DNA of 63,302 nt, counting the filler, from Octopus bimaculoides (lineage: Eukaryota), in the NCBI RefSeq assembly GCF_001194135.2. It is 10 parts of 9 records of this genome, joined end to end, with 100 filler letters (N's around TTAATTAATTAA, not from the genome) between each part and the next. Parts side by side here need not be neighbours in the genome. Positions count along the whole stretch, not along the records: positions 1 to 28,636 come from NC_068994.1; 9 more parts are not named here. One strand, written 5' to 3'. Both the position numbers and the translations under genes were made by a program. Below are positions 12,296 to 24,015 of this stretch, in pieces. The notes under the pieces were generated by a model that did not search any database, had not been told where the DNA came from, and saw nothing but the letters and a program-made list of their open reading frames with translations. Each line of letters opens with the position of its first letter. Position 1 is the first letter of the stretch.

Positions 12296-12779
12296 ATATA
12301 TATATATATATATATATACAAACACACACACACACACACACATATACATATATATATATATATTAAAAGTGGGGAAGGCTGGTTTATGGGTGGCCGGTTT
12401 ATGCGTGTGTTTATGGGAAGGCTGGTGTGTGTGTGTGTGTGTGTGTATGTGTGCGTGTGTACACACAATGATCTTTCAGTTTCTGTCAGCCAAATCCATT
12501 CACAAAGTTTTGGTTGGCATGAGACTATAATAGTGCTATGCAGTGAAACTTAACCCACTGATTCAAAAACCATCTGGTTGGGAAGCAAACTTCTTAACCA
12601 CACAGGAATAATTACAGAGGCATCAAATGGCTGGACCAGGTTTGATTAATGCAAGCATGAAAAAAGAGGCTAAAATAAAGAAGATACACACACACTACTT
12701 CACTATATTTCTATTCTGTCACTATATACTGTACAGTTAACAAGCACATCAAGTACTGTTTAAATACCAGTATACTCAC

Positions 12780-12918
12780 CACAATACGGTGCAAATTGTT
12801 GAGGACAATCTGGTGAGTGTTGGCAACACATCGGAACTGTTGAAACACCAACTGTAGTAGCTGTAACAGGTAACGAGGCTGATGTTCATTAGCCAGGCTA
12901 TCACCTTTGTGACATGAG
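12780..12918 (-). CDS. EXOC4: Exocyst complex component 4 (Sec8), internal exon (6th seen)
   Basis: ttttgcag|C...ATTGTG|gtgagt; 139 nt, phase 2 to 0; (S)SCHKGDSLANEHQPRYLLQLLQLVFQQFRCVANTHQIVLNNLHRIV resembles EXOC4 ENQPRLLLELLELLFDKF as recalled. Confidence 0.92.
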
Positions 12919-13230
12919 CTGCAAAATGGACAATTAAACATGTAATAAGAAAATTTATTAGTAAACACTATAGCAGCTGCGCCACAATACATTCACTGCA
13001 TCACAAGTGTCATACTCAATGGTCACCTCACTACGGGCATATCATAGCCCTCACATATCAGTTGTGTCAAATTTTTATAATTACTATACCACACTGTATG
13101 TGTCCCACATATATCACAATTGTGTCAGATACATACCCCAATACAAATGTGTGGGGCTGCAAATCAAGAAATTTGTAATGTGTAAAATGTTTAGATTTGC
13201 TGCCTCACACGAAAGACTGCTGAAACTCAC

Positions 13231-13301
13231 CTCTCCACAATTTTTTCAGAAGCTCGAGACACAATGGCCATTAATTCTGGCTGTATTCTCATTTTGACTG
13301 C
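13231..13301 (-). CDS. EXOC4: EXOC4 internal exon (5th seen)
   Basis: cttgcag|GCA...GAGAG|gtgagt; 71 nt, phase 0 to 2; AVKMRIQPELMAIVSRASEKIVE. Confidence 0.92.
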
Positions 13302-13445
13302 CTGCAAGATAACAGAAAGCAGTAACTGGTTATAGGGCGAAGGGATGAAGAATAGAAAGAGAAAATTGGAGGGAGAGAGCGATGAGAAAGAGGGAAGAAG
13401 TGAAACAATGAGGAAGAGGAAGAGATAAGGAATGGTGGAGTATAC

Positions 13446-13630
13446 CTCAACAGCTTCTGGAAGTTTCTTGAGAAGGAACAATGACTCTACTAATATAGCA
13501 ATGAAGTGACTTAAATTTTCCTCAGGATCAGAGTTCAGGTCTTCTGCAATTTCACCATTCTTCTCCCCACATGTGACAGACAAAGTTGGTGATGAAGATG
13601 GACTGCCACTCACATCTTTCAACAAAGTCC
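13446..13630 (-). CDS. EXOC4: EXOC4 internal exon (4th seen)
   Basis: cttgtttcag|GG...GTTGAG|gtatac; 185 nt, phase 1 to 0; ...EDLNSDPEENLSHFIAILVESLFLLKKLPEAVE matches the EXOC4 DPEENS.LF..IL....KK.PE.V block. Confidence 0.93.
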
Positions 13631-13879
13631 CTGAAACAAGAGGAAGGTAGTGCAGTGGTTATGTGATAAGCAATGTTGTATTACTAACCATGTGAATCTC
13701 AAAGCTAGGTTCCTTTCTAAAAGTAAAAAGATATTATTGAACCATTTACAGGTACCATAAAGAAAGTCAGTCTCTCTAGCTATAAGTAGGTACAACAGGA
13801 TGGTAGAAATTCCCACAATAAAAAGGTGGCATATGGTACAGTGAATTATATAGCTCTGTGTTACCTACTTATGGCTAGA

Positions 13880-16800
13880 TTCATCATCATCATCATTTAA
13901 TGTCTGTTTTCCATGCTGGCATGGGTTAGACAGTTTGAGTGAAAACTGGTAAGCTGGATGGGGGCTGCACCAGGTTCCAATCTGATTTGGCATGGTTTCT
14001 ATGGCTGGATGCCCTTCCTAATGCCAACCACTCCAAAAGTGTAGTGGGTAATTTTTATGTGCCAGTTATGTAACACCGGCATCGGCCACGACTATAACCT
14101 CACTTGGTTTAACAGGTCTTCTCAAGCACAGCATATCGCCAAAGGTCATGGCCACTTGTCATTGCCTTCACGAAGCCCAACATTCGAAGATCATTCTTCA
14201 CACCTCGTCCCATGTCTTCCTGGGTCTGCCTCTTCTACAGGTTCCCTCCACCATTAGACATTGGCACTTCACACAGCTGTCCTTGTCCATAGCCATCACA
14301 AGACCACACCAGCACAGTCATCTCTCTTGCTTACTACACCTGATGCCTCTTGTGCCCAACTTTTCTCTCAAGATGCTTACACTCTGTTGTGTATGCACAC
14401 TACATTGTACATCCAGCAAAGCATATTAGCTTCATTTCTTTCAAGCCTACGCATGCCCTCAGCAGTCACAGCTCATGTTTCACTGCCATGTAGCATGGCT
14501 GTTCATAAACAGGCATCATATAATCTGCCTTTCACTCTGAAGGAGAGGCTCTTTGTTACCAGGAGCTCTCTGAACTTTGCCCAGCCTATTCTTATTCTGG
14601 CAGCTATGCTCTTGGAGCATCCACCTCTGATACAGACTTGGTTGCCTAGGAATGGAAGCTATCAACTACTTTTAGTTTTTTCCCCTGGCATTTGATGGAG
14701 TCTATTTTCTGAACATTTTTAGTGTTAATTGTATTTGTGCACCTTCCACACACAAAAACTATTTTCCCTGTTAACTTTCCTCTGATACTGTTGCATCTCT
14801 TATGTATCCATACCTTGCACCAGGTACATCTTATGGAGTTTCTACTTGCACCTTTTCTACAGATCGAGCAGCACTGTCTACCTGAAGGGAGTTGTGATTT
14901 GTCTGCTCTCCTGCTTAGTACGACTTTGGTTTTTGCAAGATTAATTCCTAAGGCCCTTTGATTCTAGACCTTGCTTCCACACCTGAAATTTCTTCTCTAG
15001 ATCAGGTAGTGATTCAGTTATAAGAACAAGGTCATCAGTGTAGAGGAGCTCTCAGGGGCAGCCCATCTTAAATTCTTTTGTTATTGCCTGGTGGACTGGG
15101 ATGAACAGGGACTAAGGACTGATTCTTGATGAACCCCTACTTGTATGCTGCATTCCTCGCTATACTTGTTGCTAACCTTCACTTTATTGACAGTATCCTT
15201 GTACATGGCTTGTGCCATTCTCACTAACCACTCATCTATCCCTAGCTTCTGCATTGACCACCAGATAAGAGAGTGGGGGACTCAATCAAGAGTTTTCTCC
15301 ATGCCAACAAAAGCCAGGTACAGGGATTTATTTTTGGCTAGATATTTCTCCTGCAGTTGCCTAACCAGGAATATAGCTTCAGTAGTACTCATGCCTGGCA
15401 CAAATCTGAACTGTATCTCATCTATACTAACTCTCTTCTCAATTAATTGAGCTATAACTCTTTCTGTGACTTTCATCACCTGGTCCAGCAATTTGATGCC
15501 TCTGTAATTATTCCTGTGTAAGGCATCACCTCTACCTTTGTAGCAGCTGACTATAATGCAGCTACACCGATTGTTGGGTATGACACCCTTGTGGACAACT
15601 TGATTAACTATACGGGTGACTAAGCCACATCCTACTCTGCAAGATATTTTAAGCATCGTAGCGGAGATTCCTGATGGGCCTGGAGCTTTCCATGTTTTCA
15701 TATCCTTAATTGCTTTATCTACCAAGCAATTTGGATAGCCGGTTTCTCAGTTGGGTCAACATTTGGCAGACTCACCTTCTCCCATTTATTCCCCATACTT
15801 AGAAGCCTTTCATAATGGCATTTCCTAATGATTCTTAGCAGAATCATTAAATCCAGGTGCACCATCATCTATGTGGACACATTTCCTTCCTATGGCATCA
15901 TGATTTTCTCTCAAACACTGAAACACTTCAAGTCTCTTGTCCTTACATCACAGTACATTTTCTGCTTCTCCTCTGGCTAAGTATACCTGTCTCCTAGCTT
16001 CCCTTCTGGCTATCTGATACAGTTCCCTGCTACCACCACACTTTCAGACTTGTTTCTTCTCTCTAATGGCCCTGTTAACTACCTTGTTCCACCACCATGT
16101 CACCTTAGGTTCAGAAGGGACTTTGCACCAGCCACAAATTTGGTCAGTAGCCCTCAACAGGTTGTCTGGCAAGTACCTCCAGTTGTCCTTCACATTATAT
16201 GTCACTATATCCTCCTCTTTTTTGTTAAATGTCTCCAAGTCTCTAAATCTCTGTCGACTCAGAAGATCCTTAAGCTTCCAGACTCTTCTTTTCCGCACTG
16301 GTTGTCTTCTGGGCAGCCATTTTGCCCTGATCCTGAAGTCGCTAACTACTAACCTATGTTGGTGGGTGCATTCTTCACTTGGGAAAGTTTTGGCGTTTAT
16401 AAGCAACCATATTTCCCATTCTGGTGAGAATGTAATCAATCTGACTAGTGTGACCACCAGACTGGTGGGTGAACAGGTAACTGACAGGTTTCCTGAAGTT
16501 AGTATTGCAGATCATAAGGTTATTTGCATCACAGGACTCCAGCAGCCTGTTTCCCTCCTCATTATGAGAACCAAATCTGTTACCACCATGCACGCCATGG
16601 AAGCCACCCAGATGTTGTCCAACATGCCTATTGAAGTCACCAACCACAAAGAGAAGGTCCTTGTCATTCTTTGATGAGGTAGTCTACAGAAGGGTGTCAT
16701 AAAATCAGTCTTTCTGTTCATAAGGTAGTCCTGGCTGAGGGGCATAAGTCGAGATAACGCTTGCTGTTCCATGTTCAATACTAATCTAAGATGAAGTATT

Positions 16801-17065
16801 CTATCACAAACTCTGACTACCTCGATTACCTAATCAATCCATTTCTCAGCAAGGAGTATGCCTACACCCCCAACCCCATCACTGTTCCCTATCCAGAAAA
16901 TTTTATACTTATGTTCTTTGCAACAAACATCTACATGCCTCCATATAAGCATCTCAACAATCTCTCCAGACCTACCTTTCAATGTGCCCACATTAAGTGT
17001 ACCAACTCTGAAGGTGTGGAAGGTGTGGGTTGGGGGAACACAGAGATGGGGGACAGCATTTTGCA
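13880..17065 (-). mobile_element. RTE-clade LINE, near full length but decayed (EN and RT remnants, 3' UTR, (GAT)n tail)
   Basis: RVGTLNVGTLKGRSGEIVEML (EN start), GDFNRHVG, KAPGPSGI, NYRGIKLLDQVMK, LYTDD, LHGSET fragments; tail at 13880-14060. Confidence 0.93.
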
Positions 17066-17339
17066 TCTGAAAAGAAAGCTTGCATGTACATTTGGCTGAT
17101 ATTGTATAAGTACAAATAGGTTTCGACCTGCATACACTTCACTGTTATTTTATTCGCTTCACATTCACCAAGTTTACCAGGAGATAGCCACTAGATAGAG
17201 ATGGGAGTGGGGGGGGGAGAGAGCGTTCCATATAGTTTTCTGATAGAGGTACTAGGAGACAGACTTCTGGTAGAGNNNNNNNNNNNNNNNNNNNNNNNNN
17301 NNNNNNNNNNNNNNNNNNNNNNNNNNNNNNNNNNNNNNN

Positions 17340-18300
17340 AGGGTGCACTGCAAACAACCAAACATCATGGTTGCCCTATTCCCTAGATAGAGGCGATGTA
17401 AAATATCCACAAACAAAGTGAAAGCCGCTATTTAACATATAGCATGGGAAAAAGCAAGGATACAGACATAATATGAGCAAGATAAAAAGAGTGAGAAAAT
17501 AAATGAATGAAGAGAGAGAGAAAATTTTTGAGAATTAGAGCTACAGTAGAGAAAACAGAATAGAACATTTGGATAAAATAGAGTGGATAACAAAACAAAT
17601 GAAGAGATGAAATTTTCGAGATTTAGAGCTACAGTAGAGTGAACAGAATTGAACATGTGGATTTCTTAACTTTACTAGAATAGACAGCATGGAATAGATG
17701 AGACTTTATAGGGAAGGAAAGAAAGAAAGAAAAAAGAAAGAGGGAAAGAAAGAAAGAAGATGATGATGATGAGTGCTATAAAGTGAGGATTTGTTGTAAT
17801 GCTAGGTTGGACAGAGTTGCTCATCTGAACATTATTCTTCATAGCATGTCTGCTCCATGAGGTAAGTATTGCAAATATGAAGTACAGAAACTATAGGGAA
17901 CTAATTTATAGGGTGCAGAAGTGATATCCTCATGGCAAGCCCAAGATGGCTGGTCACAGATGACCAGATATCATGGTTGCCCTATTCCCTAGATAAAGGC
18001 AAAGTAAAATATCCACAAAGTGAAAGCCGCTATTTAACATATAGCATGGAAAAAAGCAAGGATACAGACATAATGTAGGCAAGATAAAATAGAGTGGGTA
18101 ATAAAATGAATGAAGAGAAAGATGAAATTTTTGAGGATTAAAGCTACAGTAGAGAAAACAGAATAGAACATTTTGATAAAACAGAGTGGGTAACAAAACA
18201 AATGAAGACATGAAATTTTCAAGCTTTAGAGCTAGAGTAAAGGAAACAACAGAAAATTTGGATAAAATAAAGTGGGTAACAAAACAAATGAAGATGAGAC
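17340..18300 (-). repeat. Two copies (~17340-17660 and ~17955-18300) of the same AT-rich unit as 6940-7685, inverted
   Basis: Both read CATGGTTGCCCTATTCCCTAGATA...GAAAGCCGCTATTTAACATATAGCATGG on the + strand. Confidence 0.75.
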
Positions 18301-19307
18301 CGATTTATACCAGCCACCAATCACTACAATATCTGAATAATTAATCCACATGTTGTGTATCAATGAGAAGGAAGTTTTGCTTTAACACATTGATATTTAC
18401 AGATATTATACATCTGCTACAGCAAAAATGTCAAAAGAGAAGGTGATAGGTGTGACACAAAAAATTGTGTCACACTGAACAACAGCACAAATATCATGAA
18501 ATGAAAAAAGCTAGAATAACCTCAATCAACATGACAACAATAATACCACCGCCTCAACTAGCACTGACACCATCACCTCAAGCAGCACCAACATCACCAG
18601 CTAAACTACTACCGTCAACTTCATTAACATGAACTGAAAAGAGGCCAGTACTATATCTCTCAGATCATATCTTACTGTCATAAAAGAAGAAAGACACATT
18701 AGATAATGTAGCTGTCAATACACTATGTGTAAAAGAAGAGATGGCCACAGTGAGAATGTCTGTATCCACAGATCTGCTGAATCAGGGCTAACTTGGAGCT
18801 AAACAACAACAACCATGCTCTCCACATTTACATTATCACCAACAAAACTGACTCTGCAATAGCAGGCTTAAAGCAGCACCTATTAAATCACTCATTTCTA
18901 GTAGCACTAGGGAACATCCACACAGAAATAACCACTATGGCCCCAAACACTGTGCAGGGAAATAAATGATCTTAGTACAGAGTACACCACCAAAGTGCAG
19001 AACATCAACTGTTTGGCTGTTAGCAAGATTAACTTGATCTTTTTTGTAGTGACCAACACCAGAATCTAAAAGTGTACAAAAATAGACTGGACAGTGGATA
19101 AAGTGCCACATGTCCAAACTATCTAACTGTACCACATGCAACTCATCACAGCATGTATGGTCTGCAGCCAGACAGTTATGGTATAATTGGAAAACTATCT
19201 TTGATTTTGGCTCCAGGGTTAGGGCTGCTATATCATTACTACCAACAATTATTGTTATTCACACACAAAGAAAAAATAAATAAATAAAGACAAGATTAAT
19301 GACATAC

Positions 19308-19476
19308 TTGCCATTCCACCTGGTCTTCTATAGTTTCTGTCAGCAGGTGAAGTGGTTTGTGGGGCTTGTTTAGAGGAACGCCCAGAGCCAGGCTTCTGGA
19401 CATTTTTTGACACTTCACTGGTGGCACGGATATATATCTGACGATTTAACTCATCAATCAGGACTTCATGCATTTG
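19308..19476 (-). CDS. EXOC4: EXOC4 internal exon (3rd seen)
   Basis: ttttacctag|CAA...GCAA|gtatgt; 169 nt, phase 0 to 1; QMHEVLIDELNRQIYIRATSEV resembles EXOC4 [22 protein letters not shown] as recalled. Confidence 0.93.
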
Positions 19477-19769
19477 CTAGGTAAAATAGAAAGACAATAT
19501 ATGTGTGTGTATGTAATATCTGGCCATGACGGAACAAGAGAAACACCAAGTATCCCTATACTGTTTGTATCAGTTCTTTCTTAATGCAAATTACTATGAT
19601 AACTTGAATGAAATGTATGTTTTCATGCACATGTGTATGCATGCTATGAATGAGTGATGCTAGAGCTGTGAAATCTTGTAGGCATAAATTTCAATGCATC
19701 TTAATAATAATTGCATTGTTTCTTTCCAGGTAAACTGACATTTGACTGTCCAGAGAAGTCTCCAAATGT

Positions 19770-20365
19770 AACTAATAGCAATTTCTCTTGAAAATGCACA
19801 AAATTTGGCATTGTGGTGTTATCAAGTACCTGCAGAAAAAGCATTTAGTCCCTAACGACATTTATGCTGACATGGTTGCTACATTAGGGGATGACACTCT
19901 AGCTTTATCAACAATGCAAAAGTGGGCAGCTGAATTTAGGAGGGGAAGAGGAAGTCTTGAAGATGACCCAAGGTCTGGACGTTCTGTGACTGCCACCACC
20001 AAAGAAAACATTGATTGTGTTCACTACATGGGGATGGATGACAAGTGATTCACTATAAATCAAATAGCCAATGCTATTAGTATATCCCATGAGAAAGTTG
20101 AGAATATTCTGCACAATGGACTTGGCATGACGACAGTTTCTGCTTGATGGGTGCCACATCTTCTGACACCTGATTAAAAGTGCACCAGGCTGATCACATC
20201 ATGAGAAAATTTGACATTGTTTCAAGCTGATCCACCTGGTTTCTTTGAATGTTTCCTAACCCAAGATGAGTGTTGGCTTCATCACTTTGAGCCAGAGACA
20301 AAGAGGCAATCCATGCAATGGACACACCCCTCCTAACCTGCTCCAAAGAAGGCCACTCATTTCAA
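19770..20365 (+). mobile_element. mariner transposase 5' fragment (irritans-like)
   Basis: GVIKYL, SLEDDPRSGR, WVPHLLT and DECWLHHFEPETKRQSMQW fragments; no matching TIR pair seen. Confidence 0.85.
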
Positions 20366-21149
20366 TCATTTTTGTGTCATGCTTTATGTTTATTAGCTAT
20401 ATACATATAGTCATTTCAAGTCATTATTCCAACAGTGATAAAAGTTTAGTGCATCTGATGGTGATTGGAGACTAGCCCCCAAAATTAAATACCTAAATTG
20501 ATTGTCAGTTAAAGAATGTAGGTCAAAATGTCTCAAGGGCTTTTTGGAAAAATATAGTTGATATATTTGGTATGTTTGTTGGTTTCAAGTTTTGTCAATA
20601 ACAATCTGACTGAACTAGTTCACATTGGAGAGGGGAAAAAAGACATTGCATTTATTTCTGCTGGTTCACAAACTCTATAATCAGAATACTAACACTTGTA
20701 TCCATGCATGTATACATACTTTTATGTATATTAATGTTTGTATTTATGCAAGGGTCACTCAATACATTTGAGTATCACATTTATTTTCTTATGAAAAAGG
20801 TTGACAGTAACTTTGAAGTTTCATTGTTGCTGGATTCATTAGAGAAAGAGAGATGAAAAATGTGATGATGCACATTCATCTAACATCATAGTTTTACAGG
20901 TATTGTACTACAATAGACCTTACTCCACTGATCTCACAATACAATGTCTTACTCATGTGATACTCATTCTACGATGTTAATTTGGATACTTATAAAGTAG
21001 CCATAGACCCTAGCTATAGAGTAAATATGGCACCTACATATAGAGCTAGCTATAGAATCTATCTGTAAGTTACAGAATAGCTATAGGATCTACCGATTGC
21101 ATCATTAGAACCAATTTTGTGCTTATGCTAGAAATTATTATTATGTGGT

Positions 21150-21540
21150 CTAAAGCAGTGAGCAGGCAGTATTGTTAGCACACCATATAAAATGCTTAGT
21201 AGAATTTTTTCCAGTTTTACATTCTGAGTTCAAATTCTGTTGAGGTTAACTTAGCCTTTCAGAGTAAATAAAATAAGTACCAGTTGTAATTGACTAGCCT
21301 CTGTCAATTACATTGCCCTAGTAATTTCAGGCCTTGTACCAACTGTAGAAAGAATATTGGTTTCAAATTTTGGCACAAGGCCAGCAATTTCAGGGAGGAA
21401 GTAAGTTGAATACAGCGACCCCAAAAGGAAGAAAGGCAAAGTCAACCTTGGTGGAATTTGAAGTCAGAACATAGAAATAGATGAAATGCTAAGCATTTTG
21501 GCCAGTGCAGTAACGGTTCTGTTAGCTGGCTGCCTTAGAA
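21150..21540. mobile_element. Tail-to-tail inverted pair of tRNA-derived SINEs (family A)
   Basis: + copy with TTCTGAGTTCAAATTCT...AATAAGTACCAGT...TTTCAGGCCTTGT, followed by a - copy GGCACAAGGCCAGCAATTTC...GGAATTTGAAGTCAGAAC. Confidence 0.75.
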
Positions 21541-22006
21541 AGAATCTATTTTAGTATTTTTCTTGTCAAAATTGCCACATCATTTGTCATATCTTATTTT
21601 TCTAGACTTCATTTTGCTTGATGTAAATGCCACTGATGTATGATGTATTTTCTCCTTTGTATTGAGCACTTGTGACTAATAATAATAATAAGATTGGTGG
21701 ATTAGAAAATGCTTTGCAATATTTATTCTGGCTCTTTACATTCTGAATCCAAATCCCACTGAGGCCAACTTTACCCTTTGTCCTTCTGGGTTGATAATTT
21801 TGATTAACCAACTTCCCTCAAAGTTGCTGGCTTTGTAACCTAAATTAGAAATCATTATTATTACTTCAGAAACTGTTTTAAATTAGCAATGAACCATACA
21901 AAAGATAATTCCACTTAAGTCAAAGAGTCTGAATTTTTTGAAAAAGGCATATTATATGTAAAGTTTAAATAAACTGAGGCCAGGGAAGAAAAAATACTAT
22001 AGTCAC

Positions 22007-22083
22007 CTCTTTTCTTGCAATTAGATCCACTTTTAAATCCCTCAAAGCATTAACACCAGACAAACTGCCCTCCACTCTAGCCA
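22007..22083 (-). CDS. EXOC4: EXOC4 internal exon (2nd seen)
   Basis: tttctatttcag|TG...AAAGAG|gtgact; 77 nt, phase 1 to 0; (V)ARVEGSLSGVNALRDLKVDLIARKE. Confidence 0.9.
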
Positions 22084-22264
22084 CTGAAATAGAAACAAAA
22101 TGTAAATGGTAAAGAACCAAACAAAATGCCTGCTGCAGTATTTAGTTATGTTCTTGTTCTGGTTTCAAATCTCAACTGGCTCAAAACTTGGCTTTTCATT
22201 AACTGACTATACCCTTCCCCAACCCTTAGAAAACTAATTAGAATTAGAACATTGCACTAATACT

Positions 22265-22745
22265 TTCCATGAGCTTTCAAGTGCTCAAAACTCTTCTGAT
22301 AATCCTTCCTGTTCCTAAAAGACATACTTTCTGTAGAAGCTCTACAGGACATTCCATTCTAATCTCCTTCAACCACTTGTCTATATCATTACTCTCAGTC
22401 TCTAATGCACCAATTATTACAGGCACAACCTTTACAGTTTTCATATTCCAGTCTCTTGTAATCACAAATTTTAAGGGATAGCATTAAAATTTTTTTTGTC
22501 TTCTTTCTTCACAATCCTGGAATCAAATGGACATGATGGATCAACCATTAAGCTAATTCACTTTTCCTTGTCTATTATTGTTATATCTGGCTTATTATTT
22601 TCTATCTTATCTGGTTGAGTTGGAAAAATCCCATAAAATTTAGCATTTTTCAGACTCAAGTACTCTTTCTATTCAATGATTATATCAAGTACTTCCAGTT
22701 TCAAACCCCTGTTTCTGACAAAGCTTCCAGTGCAAAACTTTCATA
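22265..22745 (-). mobile_element. R4/Dong-like RLE LINE, 3' end fragment
   Basis: ILWDFSIQ, NKPDITIIDK, VVPVIIGAL and LQKVCLLGTGRIIRRVLS* in interrupted frames. Confidence 0.85.
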
Positions 22746-22764
22746 ACTTGGTCATTATTATTAA

Positions 22765-23165
22765 TATTATTGAGTGAGAGAGCAGTGCATTCCATCAAAG
22801 TGACACTGGGGTACAAATATACGAAGCCAGTATACCCATCATGACTACCAGTCTGATAAGGATACACCAGGTACATGCATCACAACCACATGTGCACGAC
22901 ATGGTGATCTCATATCAAGATAAACAGAGCATGACCTTGCAGGTGGGGCCCAGTTAGAATTTTCTTCAGGTTGAGCAACCCACCCTGCTCAAAAGGTCCC
23001 TGAATAAGGTTTGTTTGAGGATGATGAACAAAATACCCATGCTTCTAGAGGTGAATCATTCAAACCCCAAAGAATTCCTCTCAACACATAGCTATGATGC
23101 TCCCCCACTACTTCTCCTCATGATCAGTGATGCACATATTGTCAGCCACTAAGGGACATGCTCAA
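22765..23165. repeat. Unclassified interspersed repeat
   Basis: GC-richer block embedded in an AT-rich intron that I recall as a common octopus repeat; not verifiable without a library search. Confidence 0.4.
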
Positions 23166-24015
23166 ACAACTGGTTAAGATCAAACAACTGACAAGCAAAT
23201 CTGTGGTATTGAGCAGAATATTTGTTGTAGCCTATCTTTTATACCAAGACAAACATGTACATAATAACACTTCCAAACAGATAAGATCAGAAGCCATGAG
23301 AGCCACTGTCTGGTACTGCATCACAGCTTTATTATTCTTATTTGCATTTGAAAAGAAAACATGCGTGGTTGATAGCTTTGCATGTTGTTTCAAGGGGCTT
23401 ATTCACATTTTTTGTTGTACAATATTGTTAACAAGCTAACTAGCAAACTTTTTAAAGTTAGTTTCATTCAATTTCAGACCTTTGGGGTCTGAATTTGAAA
23501 TTCCTGTTCGAAGTCTACTACAATAAAAACAAAGTAGGACACTGAATTTTTTAACAAATACTGGCGGGAGGGATAATGGAAATTTTGATACAGCTTTCCC
23601 ACCATTATTAACATAAACCAACATCACCACTGCCAGTCAAAACAACAAAGCAAATAAGTATTCTTTTGATTGAAGTAGCAAGTCTGTCAAAATTCCCAGC
23701 TGATTTGTTCCTCAATTTCCCTAAAGAAGTTTTATTTACTTTTGTTTTCCTGACCTGTTGAAGCTGACATTTATTTTGAAGTTGGTGAGGGAAGTGAAAA
23801 GTGAAACACATGCATACACACCAATTGATTTTCATGTATATGAGTTGGATAGTGAAACATACTTGCACACACGCATGCACACACTCAACCATTATTTTTC
23901 ATATACATGTACATACAGAAATACATATACATATATCTTTTTGTATGTATGCATTTATGTATGTACATGGATATGTATGTATGTATATGTATGTATGTGT
24001 GTGTATATATATATA

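Noticed and set aside
20862-20931. C/D snoRNA-like GTGATGA...CTGA
   Set aside because: Antisense to the EXOC4 host, weak terminal stem, and no recognisable rRNA-complementary guide.
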